Below, piece by piece: positions 19,501-28,220 of a stretch of DNA of 44,662 bases. How positions within the stretch are numbered: the stretch's first letter is position 1; the number at the start of each line of letters is the position of its first letter. Position numbers and translations under genes: made by a program. This DNA comes from Nitrososphaerota archaeon (GTDB taxonomy: Archaea; Thermoproteota; Bathyarchaeia; Bathyarchaeales; Bathycorpusculaceae). The stretch lies in NCBI GenBank assembly GCA_031282985.1, contig JAITCR010000006.1, positions 1 to 44,662 of the forward strand, given 5' to 3'. The notes below the pieces were generated by a model that was given only the letters and a program-made list of their open reading frames with translations, had not been told where the DNA came from and made no database searches.

Positions 19501-19776
19501 TATGTTGTTGCCGATAACTTTAACATATTTGCTTTTTACTGTTTGAGGTTTGCTTGGGTCGCTGTCTGAAAGAACATCTTCCACATATCCGCGAAGTAAA
19601 ACATGACCATCTTGTCCAAGTGTTACGGGTTGGCCTGCTTCTATTAGCTGAGAGCCACCGCTTTGATTGTCTAAAGTTAATATGTATGTAGCTACTGGAC
19701 CATCTATGTTTACTTCTAACTGTTTAGCAGCACCACTAAAATCTACACCATTTATAGATACATCAATTTTCTTCAT
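16543..19776 (-). CDS. Putative baseplate hub/tail tip protein with C-terminal fibre-like region (1077 aa)
   Basis: Hub-like N-terminus (LTLDN..LLRGYVEDV), D.SSQQKYG motif, poly-Gly linker, beta-rich C-terminal half, terminal coiled coil; last large gene of the late operon. Confidence 0.7.
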   Translation of the reverse strand: MKKIDVSINGVDFSGAAKQLEVNIDGPVATYILTLDNQSGGSQLIEAGQPVTLGQDGHVLLRGYVEDVLSDSDPSKPQTVKSKYVKVIGNNIAADLVNLMLPQRANFSDAHIGDIINVALLASGSEIFCNPNADVFPVGTKGPIIKLLESTDRYLIDIFEDASEQSSYTYVVNQDDRHLYAFPLADVPNTNVMLYNLPGEKTNNILEVNPNGRIGSNIYNWVKVKAGKLADHLTERTAQYLSKNSATSDYATRLILSDDTSIFAVGSASIKASCINLTHSWDKNNLTTGAPYGNFGPQIKFDFPLFNYQNIDYSNISYENCSIYISHNNVATLASDKGFFVIIITDSNGRKMRWVTESIDKNEWKKIDFVLGYNAPTPSKFTIGHPDRRWVSIDSTGPETSFNWIITSIAFEFHPNGLNASGTNFSCDFWVDGLTISSSEALEIFAISEDKSSQQKYGRKMVSLYRPDLKSQLEVQAVADMEVQSRKDPFSKYTLTCEFQSNLLYAGLLVYVLAPEYHIGSGVTPEVCRIISLKHILFPGQPNQAGFEGLTVVEVVRHNGGQNINAARLRQTRHPQNAINIGHERRLMTLEDNSGGGSGGGGSGGGGGGSSSWNGGDITEDLVVKGKWPILIEDGVRHQVYDWLWTNPGNWPDRSAVIKFSDKETGNWFDIYGCAVSNGVDVGPTLGVGYNILVRGDIQSRGIHSTYEGGLLLYGGLNKDGTTQKCGWAPEGGSPFVWCVEGTDERYNTVNFFASYAMATKKVTKWSHIHANNLISEGFVGTKYLSTPTGSGNITLNNPLVPASNNNIDLGSYNLSYRDIYGVHINAGYVAASGGVTAEDIYSPSRYNSYIHYSSSGNMITLDGNVTVTGTFTGPSSNPFNQNLNTYNAVTFTDVTMTRSTTIAGNITCHGALDVTHLRANGPYSIALYNSLIPAYGGLNVGSQNNYFDSVWTAMSCYKDQYRFNCERNLSGQEVNREIQNEQDALNLLTHETTKTLYHTTYNLEKGKEDEIICTCGKSVKQPCPEHQKEWLDKYTRNTGKQEEATAFLTLEHAATLAKLVAKIEELEQQLREVKNT

Positions 19777-19858
19777 AACTTTTTGCCTTCTATTTTTTAA
19801 ATTTTGTTTTTCGCAAGTTTAAAATAGGGAGAGTCAAACGTCTATAGTAGTGAATTAA

Positions 19859-20413
19859 TTGAAGTATCAAGTAACACAAAAATTGTCAATTCTATCTTTT
19901 GTCGTAACATCATTGTATATGATGGTCACTTTATCTGACGTTATGAAATATTTCGGAGAATGGGTTCTATATAATCCAGGGTACATGTTCTTTCCTCGTT
20001 CAAATGATTATTGGATCATTTGCATTTCGATAATGATTGCGTTGATATGTGTCACATCTATTTTGTATGTCATTAGTTGCCGTCAACGTAAACAACAAAC
20101 ACAAAAAAGATTAAAATTTACAACCACTAAATTGTTATTGATCCCATTAGTGATGTTAATTATTTATCCTTTGTTGGCATATTTTATATGGGATTATGCT
20201 TTTTGGCTTTATTGGAAATTCCCAACAATTATGGAATCCTATATGCAGAATTTTCCAATGTATGGATTGTTAGTTTATTGTATTATTGTACCTGTAATGA
20301 TTGTTATTATAAGTGTCTCATTTGTTGTGGGTCGTCATCAACGTCGCCAAGAACAACAACAGGCAGCCCAAAAACAAAAAGACCACCCAACATACACTGC
20401 TACAACTGACTAA
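19859..20413 (+). CDS. Membrane protein (about 4 TM segments)
   Basis: Four hydrophobic stretches; antisense to the late operon. Confidence 0.65.
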   Translation: MKYQVTQKLSILSFVVTSLYMMVTLSDVMKYFGEWVLYNPGYMFFPRSNDYWIICISIMIALICVTSILYVISCRQRKQQTQKRLKFTTTKLLLIPLVMLIIYPLLAYFIWDYAFWLYWKFPTIMESYMQNFPMYGLLVYCIIVPVMIVIISVSFVVGRHQRRQEQQQAAQKQKDHPTYTATTD

Positions 20414-20471
20414 CTGCTGCTGTTATTGTTTGTTGTGGCGCTAAATTTAATAGACGTTAACTATTTTCAGG

Positions 20472-20753
20472 ATGTGTGTTAGAATGAAGAAAGCTACAAT
20501 AACACAATTCAGCACCGCACTACAAGTTGGCTCAACCATACCGACAATAATAGGAATATACCTCTGCACAAAACTATTCTACGACAACCTATACCTAAAC
20601 AACATAGGAAACATTTTAAAACTTTCATCCCAACACACAAACTACCTCATAATAAGCATCATAACTATTTTGTTCTCTGCCGCTACATGCCTACTTATTG
20701 CAGGCACCAAACTAAACAAACAATCAACAAACTACCCTACAGACACAAACTAA
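20472..20753 (+). CDS. Small membrane protein (about 2 TM segments)
   Basis: Two hydrophobic stretches. Confidence 0.55.
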   Translation: MCVRMKKATITQFSTALQVGSTIPTIIGIYLCTKLFYDNLYLNNIGNILKLSSQHTNYLIISIITILFSAATCLLIAGTKLNKQSTNYPTDTN

Positions 20754-20770
20754 CAAGAACAAAAACGTTT

Positions 20771-21448
20771 TCACAAAATTGATTTTTTATTTATAAAATA
20801 AATCTCTTTAGTATCCGTTTTATAAGACTCAACAGTATAACCAGAAATATTCGCCATCACCCTATCCTTAACTTGCCTACACTTCACAATAGCCGAACTA
20901 CTTCCACTAATAATATACGTATTAGGACTACGACTGCGAATCCTTGTTACTATCGTTTCTACTTCAACCTTTACAGTATCAACAGATTTTATGTAACTAT
21001 TTGTAAGCTCAATATTATTAAAAAGATCAGTTATTTCTTTAGAAATCTGTTCAGACGTTAACCCCCTTTCCATAATAACCGCAAAATATTTACCAAATAA
21101 CCCATTCTGAACAAACTGAGCAATATGTAAACCTTCATCACCAAACTTTTTAAGAACCCTTTCTCGCAACTTGTCACGTTTATCCTTATCTGCTTCAACC
21201 TTCCGAAGAGTTAACCCCATTTGAAAAAGCACACACAAATCACCATCTGTAACATAATGACGAAAAATGCTGTATTCTGTAGTACCCTTTTGTTCTTTCG
21301 CTGTTTCTATAACTTCCGAATCCTGAACAAAAGAAAGCTTATGATCTCTAAATTTACGCGCAACATCTTTAGCGGATTCTTTTGTCCAATTTAATAAAGC
21401 AGCAGTTACCCCTTCAGCCACTTGTTTTACTGGAGAATCAGACCCCAT
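20771..21448 (-). CDS. Hypothetical protein
   Basis: Long ORF; ATG at 21448 overlaps the end of the upstream gene. Confidence 0.7.
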   Translation of the reverse strand: MGSDSPVKQVAEGVTAALLNWTKESAKDVARKFRDHKLSFVQDSEVIETAKEQKGTTEYSIFRHYVTDGDLCVLFQMGLTLRKVEADKDKRDKLRERVLKKFGDEGLHIAQFVQNGLFGKYFAVIMERGLTSEQISKEITDLFNNIELTNSYIKSVDTVKVEVETIVTRIRSRSPNTYIISGSSSAIVKCRQVKDRVMANISGYTVESYKTDTKEIYFINKKSIL

Positions 21449-21692
21449 TAGGGTACTCTTCCAAATATAATGCAATACTTAAGGGATTATTATCTAAAAT
21501 AATTGTACTACCCGGCAGTATAGCCATATTGTCTATTGTCACAGGCTCATCAATATATTTATCATAAACTTTATTGCCATCTTTTTCTAAAACATAAGTA
21601 CCATCAGACGAAAAACCTAACTCTTCAAGAAGCAACATTTTGCTCTCTTTTGTCACACCTTTTAACTCTATAATTTGAGGCAATTTCGACAC
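21438..21692 (-). CDS. Small acidic hypothetical protein
   Basis: 84-aa ORF overlapping 20771-21448. Confidence 0.6.
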   Translation of the reverse strand: MSKLPQIIELKGVTKESKMLLLEELGFSSDGTYVLEKDGNKVYDKYIDEPVTIDNMAILPGSTIILDNNPLSIALYLEEYPNGV

Positions 21693-21749
21693 TTAACAGC
21701 TATAACACATCTTTCACTTTAAAAAGTTTTGTTTTAAACTACCTTTAAA

Positions 21750-22199
21750 CTATCGATTAATGGGTCTTTGATATGAAGAAGCCATAGCAGTTTGCTGCTG
21801 ACTATACCACAGGTTAAATTGTTCACGGTTATAGCCTTGCTGTTGTCGTATGTCTTCTTCAAGTTTTTGAAACCTTTGACGCTGCTCCTCATAATACACC
21901 TGCAACTTTTGATACAACACCAAAGCCAAAGACATCAAACCCGCAGCACCCATCAAATTCCCGGCTGAAAGTTTACCTATACTTTTTTGAATCGATAAAA
22001 CTTCTCTGGCGCCAGGCACATACATTTTTGCTATACGTTTTCCAGCCTGCTCAGCACCCTTAATTTCCTCCCCTTCATTCTCCAAAAAACTAGCCGCTTC
22101 AGTTTTAGCCGCTTTAGTATCATCCAAACTGTCTTTGGTTTCAGCCCGCAACGCATCCAACTGCGAGCGATCAATAACAAGCATAATATTCTGACTCAC
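21750..22199 (-). CDS. Short helical protein at the tape-measure position
   Basis: Ala/Gly-rich amphipathic segment plus coiled coil; gene order only. Confidence 0.4.
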   Translation of the reverse strand: MSQNIMLVIDRSQLDALRAETKDSLDDTKAAKTEAASFLENEGEEIKGAEQAGKRIAKMYVPGAREVLSIQKSIGKLSAGNLMGAAGLMSLALVLYQKLQVYYEEQRQRFQKLEEDIRQQQGYNREQFNLWYSQQQTAMASSYQRPINR

Positions 22200-22201
22200 A
22201 T

Positions 22202-22558
22202 CTAACCCTCCACAACCACAAGCTCCCCATACAACAACCCAACCGCACCCTCCACCTTATTCCTCAATTTTAGTATACATTGACAATTAGGATGATAACC
22301 AACCAACCACACCTCCTCTCCAGCCTGCACAGCAAAAGGAAACTCAGACACAATAAACGGCCCACGATAGATTGAACCATCCAGTTGCTCACAATGCCCA
22401 CAACAACCCTGAGCCGCCACAAACTCATACTCAAACTCTAACTCTTCCGCACCAAACCCCTCCCTTTCACGATCCCCACAAATCTGCTCCACCCAATCAA
22501 GCTTACCCCAAATCTGCCCCAAATCACCAACAACCAAAATCGTCGGAGTAGCAAACAT
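22202..22558 (-). CDS. Small MuF-like Cys/His domain protein
   Basis: CGHCEQLDG.IY...HPNCQC, matching the CxxC...HPxCxC MuF signature. Confidence 0.6.
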   Translation of the reverse strand: MFATPTILVVGDLGQIWGKLDWVEQICGDREREGFGAEELEFEYEFVAAQGCCGHCEQLDGSIYRGPFIVSEFPFAVQAGEEVWLVGYHPNCQCILKLRNKVEGAVGLLYGELVVVEG

Positions 22559-22564
22559 ATTCTT

Positions 22565-22888
22565 CTAACCCGTACGTGAAACCAACAAATGCTGATACTC
22601 AGGATTAACCGCCACAGAAAAACCCCTAACCTGCAAATCTCTAACATACAACTGCAACGTATCAACAGACGTTTGAGGCTTAAGGCTTACTTGCCGCCGT
22701 ATTATTTTAGCCATATTCAAAACACCATTAATCACATTCATATCCATAGCATAAAGCTGCTCACGCGTCAAAGAGGTATCTTTAAATTTCTCCACTATTT
22801 TCCGCTCCAACTCAACCGCTTCAACCTCCTCACCAACATCACACAAAGCCCGCAAAAAATCCCTCAAACAAACAACCATCAACCCCAC
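22565..22888 (-). CDS. Hypothetical protein (tail assembly chaperone position)
   Basis: ORF in the late operon; position only. Confidence 0.5.
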   Translation of the reverse strand: MGLMVVCLRDFLRALCDVGEEVEAVELERKIVEKFKDTSLTREQLYAMDMNVINGVLNMAKIIRRQVSLKPQTSVDTLQLYVRDLQVRGFSVAVNPEYQHLLVSRTG

Positions 22889-23337
22889 ACCCCATAAATC
22901 GACTGATCATCACCATACGTATCAACAGTCAACTCTGTAATCTGCTCCTTCGCCAAAGTCGCCAAAACACTACGCATCTTCACCAACAAAGTATTCGCCG
23001 TTTTGTAGGTAACATTTCGAAATTGCCCCGCCGCATTCTTCTCCCGCACCACCAAAGGCAAAGGCGCATTATCACCCCCCGAATTCCAATACAAATTCTG
23101 CTTCAAATACACCCGCAAAGTAGCACTATCTATAGTAATTAAAAGCACAGTCAACTTATGCTTATGAGTATACGCCACCGGCTCCGTATAACCCGGAACA
23201 ACCCGAGGCTCCGCACAATCACCCCCATCAGTAGAATAATTATCCTCAGCCACCGATATTACCGGAAATGTCTGTGTTCCAATAGTCACTGACACAGGAC
23301 CATTACCATCATACACACTACTTTTAACACTCACCAA
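22879..23337 (-). CDS. Putative tail tube protein
   Basis: 152 aa, beta-rich; AGGAGA SD-like site; position after the putative tail terminator. Confidence 0.4.
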   Translation of the reverse strand: MVSVKSSVYDGNGPVSVTIGTQTFPVISVAEDNYSTDGGDCAEPRVVPGYTEPVAYTHKHKLTVLLITIDSATLRVYLKQNLYWNSGGDNAPLPLVVREKNAAGQFRNVTYKTANTLLVKMRSVLATLAKEQITELTVDTYGDDQSIYGVWG

Positions 23338-23397
23338 AATCTCTCCTAAACATCATCATTTTATGCTATTTTATTCTTGACATTTTATTTTTTTATG

Positions 23398-23892
23398 TTA
23401 TTGTTGTTTATAATCGGGTAAATCTTGATTTACCCGAGTTACCAAAATCTGCGTACAATAAACCAACTGTGTTTTATTTGCATGGTTTAAGTTTTTAACT
23501 GTTTTTTCACACCCAAACACAGAATTATTATAAAAAAACCTGCGAACCTCCTCAACAACCCGACCTAAAAGATCCATGTCAAAATGTAACCGATATTTAG
23601 GCGCATCAACCATCCACACCAACACCTCATAAACTTCAACCGCCAACAACGGCAACAAACACCCCTTAGGGTCTTTGTGAAATCTGCCTGCTTCACTGCT
23701 TAACTGCCTCACAGAAACAAGCACATCATACAAATTATTCTGCAAATTCGTCTTTAACATCACTGCCAAGTCATACCACTGCTCAACTTTTAAATAATCC
23801 TCAACCTTCCCCTCCCCGTCACTTGCAAGAATTGGACTACGTTTCAAAAAATTATCTAAAGCTGCTATTAACTCATTTAGTATTGTCGTCAT
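23398..23892 (-). CDS. Putative tail terminator/neck protein
   Basis: 164-aa alpha/beta protein after the adaptor; position only. Confidence 0.4.
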   Translation of the reverse strand: MTTILNELIAALDNFLKRSPILASDGEGKVEDYLKVEQWYDLAVMLKTNLQNNLYDVLVSVRQLSSEAGRFHKDPKGCLLPLLAVEVYEVLVWMVDAPKYRLHFDMDLLGRVVEEVRRFFYNNSVFGCEKTVKNLNHANKTQLVYCTQILVTRVNQDLPDYKQQ

Positions 23893-23964
23893 GCTTGCTA
23901 TCCTTCTTGCTGTTTACTTTTCAACTGCCCTCTGTCTGTTTGTTTGTTTGCAGCAGTTAGTTAG

Positions 23965-24858
23965 TTAGTTGTATTTGTTTTTGCCTGTGACTATTATGGG
24001 TCGCCGTGTGGTGGAGGTGTCTACGATTTGGCCGTTAGGTAGTACACCGTATTTTTTGGCTATGTAACTGGCAAGTTGGTCTTTAGCTTGGGTTATGTAG
24101 GAATGCGTTCTTTCTTCGGGAATTTCACGTTGCAAAAACAGGCCAGCAGCGTATAACTCACATATGCCTGATATGCCGTCAGGTACAGGCAAAAGAGGCA
24201 CAGGCACGTCTAACGCCGAGAATTCGCCATTCACCCAATCCGAAGCCATAACCAACAACTCCAAAAGCACCGGCTCGATTTTTTCAGCCTTCGCCGGACG
24301 CTTCTCAGCCACATAAGCAGCCCTAATTAAAATCAGACTGTTTTCTAGGGTGCCGTAGTGGATGTATGTGCGGCCTTGGGCGTTTTTGCTCCAGACAGCA
24401 GATAAGATTACGTTTTCACCTGGCACCGTTAAAGTGGGCGGGGTGACAGTTACGCCTATAACACTATAAAGGGCGGTATTGTGTAGCCAACCCAAAAACG
24501 TGTACCCCGCCAACAAAAGATTACCACTGTTAGCCTGCACCGTTACGGGGTCACCGTTAAAATAACTATTAACGTCTGTAGGCACATTACCCGAACCTGT
24601 TTCCCCAACTGGCCAGTTAGGCACATATTTCACGTAGTACAAGGGTTTGATTAACCACACAGCATACAATGTCACGTTTGAAGTTATAACAAACTCTGAC
24701 GGTGACACCGTGTTGCCATCGGCTGCAAAGTCTGGTGCAGAGGCGTTGTTGGTGTATGCCCAACCGGTAAAATCGTAACCAAACCTAACCAAATTCTTCA
24801 AATTAGGCCTAACACGCACAATGCTCTCAGCCATGAACACGTTATTATTCTCAGGCAC
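23965..24858 (-). CDS. C-terminal part of the InlB-B-repeat protein plus head-tail adaptor-like domain
   Basis: Remainder of repeat 11, repeat 12, then YGTL..ASDWVN..P..P.VPDGISGICELYAAG (gp6/gp15-like pattern). Confidence 0.7.
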   Translation of the reverse strand: MPENNNVFMAESIVRVRPNLKNLVRFGYDFTGWAYTNNASAPDFAADGNTVSPSEFVITSNVTLYAVWLIKPLYYVKYVPNWPVGETGSGNVPTDVNSYFNGDPVTVQANSGNLLLAGYTFLGWLHNTALYSVIGVTVTPPTLTVPGENVILSAVWSKNAQGRTYIHYGTLENSLILIRAAYVAEKRPAKAEKIEPVLLELLVMASDWVNGEFSALDVPVPLLPVPDGISGICELYAAGLFLQREIPEERTHSYITQAKDQLASYIAKKYGVLPNGQIVDTSTTRRPIIVTGKNKYN

Positions 24859-24859
24859 T

Positions 24860-27800
24860 TCACCCCCCCGTGTGGCCGTTGCCGTTGTAGGTTACCGTGA
24901 ACATGAGAATAGCAGACCAAACCGGGTAAAGGTTAACGTTTCCTTCGGGCATAACAAACGTGGCGGGGTCAACAAACCCATTATTACTGACAGCATAGTT
25001 TGGTATTGTTTGGTTGGGTAGTATGCTCCAGCCTGCAAACGTGTAACCCGTTCGGGTTAGGTTTAACGTGTTAGCTTTCACCGTGACAGAGGCGCCTGCC
25101 TCATACCCCGCAGGGTCAATGGGCGGCAACCCAGACTCCGCATTATTATCATGATAGATTACAGTGTAGATTCGGATTAGCTGCCACACCGCAAACAACA
25201 CCACATTAGCCGCAGCCAAGGTAAAGGTGGAAGGTGTTACAGTGTTGCCGGTTACAGTGTAATTGGGGTTAACCGCATCCGACGAATACGCCCAACCCCT
25301 AAAACGAAAACCCGGCATAACCATATTGTTAGGGTTTGCCTGCACCGTCACCGTAGCACCCGACAAATAATCCCTAACATCCGTGGGCACCGAACCAACC
25401 CCAACCCCGCCACTACTGCCAGGGGGCCAGTTAGCATCATACATTACCTTGTAGGTTAAGGGGATGAGTTGCCAAACTGCAAACAAAACAACGTTAGTCG
25501 CGCCAATCTGAAAAGTATCCCCCGCCCCATAATCCGCTAAAACAGCATTATTACCGGTAGCCCACCCCAAAAAATTATAACCTAAACGTGTCAACGAGCC
25601 TCTGTTAAGCACCACCACCAAAGCACCGGCATAATAAGGACTATTACCATCAACTGGAACAAAACCACCGGTGTTACCATTACCGTTGTAAGTTACGCTG
25701 TATTTGGGGTTTTCCTGCCAAATCGCATACAACACCACACTACCCTCCGCTACCGTGAAGATTTGCCCCGGCACATACAAAGCAGTAGAAGCGGTGCTGT
25801 CTGTGTTCCAGCCTACAAAATTATAATTAACCCTCTCCAAAAGATGAGCACCAAGAACCACCACCAAAGCACCAGGCAAATAAGGACCCCCAACATCAAC
25901 CGGCACCTCTCCACTGGTCGCACCATTAGGCTGATACAAAACAGTAAAAAGAGGAATAGCCCGCCAAACCGCAAACAACACCACATTAACGTTGCCCATG
26001 GCAAAGGTGGACGGCGTAACCGCAGAGTCTTCAACTACAAAGTCAGGAGTAACCGCATCCTGCAGGTATGCCCAACCGGAAAAGGTGTGACTAACTGTTG
26101 CCAGATTACCCGGATTAGCTTTTACATTTACGGTTTGTCCCTGCAAATAACCTACGTTATCAATTGGTACTGTGCCGGTAACAACAACCCCCACGGGAGC
26201 ATTACTGCGATAAGTTACCATGTACATTGGCGGCGGAGGCACATCGTCTGCAAGCCAAACCGCAAACAACACCATATTGCCCATAATTGTAAAGGATTGA
26301 CCCACCGTATACATAGGCACAGAAGCAGAGGCGTTGGGGCTCCAGCCCAAGAAAACGTAATCAGCTTTCAGAAGAGAACCCTGACCAAGCACCGTCACAG
26401 AGAAACCCTCCCCATAAGGACTATTAGGATCTACGGGCGCGGTGCCGCTTGTTGCACCATTCCCATTGTAAACAACACTAAATTTTGTGTCCTCCTCCCA
26501 AACCGCAAACAACACAACATTGGAAGCAGGCATAATAAACGTGGACGGAGACACCACCCCGCCCGACACAACAAACTCCGGCGCAACCGCACCAGACACC
26601 ATAGCCCAACCCCGAAACGTATACCCAGACCGCACCAAACCCCCCGTGTTAGCAGCAACAGTCACCACAGCAGAGGCCTGATACAAAATATCATCCGTTG
26701 GAACAGAACCACCGGTGCTACCATTCCCATCATAAACAACTCTAAAAGTAGGAATTAACTCCCAAACCGCAAACAACACCACATTAGAAGAGGACATAGG
26801 AAAGGTTGAACCCTGCACATAGGTTGCAGAAACAGCATTGTTACCGGTAGCCCAGCCTAAAAAGTGGTAGCCGGTTCTAACAAGACCCCCCGTATTACCC
26901 GAGACAGTTACTGTTTCACCCTGATAATACAACCGGTTATCGGTTGGCGCCGTTCCACTGGTATTCCCATTACCCTCATACGTTACCCTGAACTTGGGGT
27001 TCTCCTGCCAAACCGCAAACAACACCACGTTACCGGAAAGGGCAAAAGTTGACCCCGCCGTATACATAGCGGCAGAGGCGGATTGGTTAGGGCTCCACCC
27101 CAAAAAGGCATAGTTTGCTCTCACCAAACTTCCTGTGTTGCCTAAAACCGTAACAGCACTGCCCACATAATAGGGGCTGTTCAGATCGGTTGGAGCAGAA
27201 CCACCCGTACTTCCATTACCCTCATACACCACAGTATACCGGGGGTTTTCCTGCCAAACCGCAAACAACACCACATTAGCATCTTCCATAGTAAACGTAG
27301 AAGGCTCCACCATAGAACCCGACACCGCATACGTCGGCACCAACGCAGAACTGTTAGTATCCCAACCCCTAAACACATAATTAGTCCGCACCAAACCCCC
27401 CAAATTAGCAGCAACAGGCACCGACGCCCCCGACTCATACAAACCCCCATCCACCGGCACCTCTCCGCCAGACGCACCATTACCCTCATAAACAACACTA
27501 TACGTTGGAACCCTACCATACAAAACAAACCTAACAGATAAACTGGGTATTTTAACCCAACGGTTATCCCACTGATACAGTAAAAAATGCGAATAATCAT
27601 CATCCTTAAAAAGCAGGATCCTTATCCTTTCGTTATTTATAATACTCGAAAAATCACCACTATAACTGCGAAGTACTAAACAATATTTTTGACCCGCTAC
27701 AGTTTTAAATGCACCCTCAAACCTGAAAGAAATAAACTCATCAACAAATCCGGTGGCCTCTAAAAAATTCACAGGCTGAGAAACAGCTAATGCAGCACCA

Positions 27801-28054
27801 ACAACATTTTCAGACTCATCAACACCATATACCTCAACAACACCAAACAAAGACGGCAACCCGCCAACAGGGCCACTGACGTTAATGTTCAGGTAAATTT
27901 GTGCTTCACTAACAATTGAACCATCACCAACAAAAAAAGTCCCAGCCGTAGACCCATCAGCCGGATACAAACTATTCAAATATATCCAGTCAAATGGACG
28001 GCCGTCAACATATTGATCTATAACATGCTGTTGCTGGGGTTGATTACTTGCCAT
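24860..28054 (-). CDS. InlB B-repeat (Listeria-Bacteroides repeat) virion adhesin-like protein, N-terminal part
   Basis: Ten complete ~80-aa repeats Y.GNG...Y.F.GW...LFAVW; the 11th is cut at GNGHTGG* by a G7 tract. Confidence 0.85.
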   Translation of the reverse strand: MASNQPQQQHVIDQYVDGRPFDWIYLNSLYPADGSTAGTFFVGDGSIVSEAQIYLNINVSGPVGGLPSLFGVVEVYGVDESENVVGAALAVSQPVNFLEATGFVDEFISFRFEGAFKTVAGQKYCLVLRSYSGDFSSIINNERIRILLFKDDDYSHFLLYQWDNRWVKIPSLSVRFVLYGRVPTYSVVYEGNGASGGEVPVDGGLYESGASVPVAANLGGLVRTNYVFRGWDTNSSALVPTYAVSGSMVEPSTFTMEDANVVLFAVWQENPRYTVVYEGNGSTGGSAPTDLNSPYYVGSAVTVLGNTGSLVRANYAFLGWSPNQSASAAMYTAGSTFALSGNVVLFAVWQENPKFRVTYEGNGNTSGTAPTDNRLYYQGETVTVSGNTGGLVRTGYHFLGWATGNNAVSATYVQGSTFPMSSSNVVLFAVWELIPTFRVVYDGNGSTGGSVPTDDILYQASAVVTVAANTGGLVRSGYTFRGWAMVSGAVAPEFVVSGGVVSPSTFIMPASNVVLFAVWEEDTKFSVVYNGNGATSGTAPVDPNSPYGEGFSVTVLGQGSLLKADYVFLGWSPNASASVPMYTVGQSFTIMGNMVLFAVWLADDVPPPPMYMVTYRSNAPVGVVVTGTVPIDNVGYLQGQTVNVKANPGNLATVSHTFSGWAYLQDAVTPDFVVEDSAVTPSTFAMGNVNVVLFAVWRAIPLFTVLYQPNGATSGEVPVDVGGPYLPGALVVVLGAHLLERVNYNFVGWNTDSTASTALYVPGQIFTVAEGSVVLYAIWQENPKYSVTYNGNGNTGGFVPVDGNSPYYAGALVVVLNRGSLTRLGYNFLGWATGNNAVLADYGAGDTFQIGATNVVLFAVWQLIPLTYKVMYDANWPPGSSGGVGVGSVPTDVRDYLSGATVTVQANPNNMVMPGFRFRGWAYSSDAVNPNYTVTGNTVTPSTFTLAAANVVLFAVWQLIRIYTVIYHDNNAESGLPPIDPAGYEAGASVTVKANTLNLTRTGYTFAGWSILPNQTIPNYAVSNNGFVDPATFVMPEGNVNLYPVWSAILMFTVTYNGNGHTGG

Positions 28055-28166
28055 AACATTTTTCTCCTACATTATTACTACTATTACTCTGTACTTTTGC
28101 TACTGTTGTATTTTGCAAACTTGATTGGTAAATTTGTTTTTGAGAACAAATTGTTAACCTAATTTC

Positions 28167-28194
28167 AAACAAACAAACAAACAAACAAACAAAC
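28167..28194. repeat. (AAAC)n microsatellite in the U-rich region downstream of the capsid gene
   Basis: About seven tandem AAAC units; oligo-T on the minus strand at 28205-28217 resembles an archaeal terminator. Confidence 0.7.
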
Positions 28195-28220
28195 TAAATA
28201 ACTAAAAAAGAAAAAAAGGG

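Noticed and set aside
25763..26758. 331-aa plus-strand ORF
   Set aside because: Antisense shadow of the repeat adhesin caused by biased composition; no motifs
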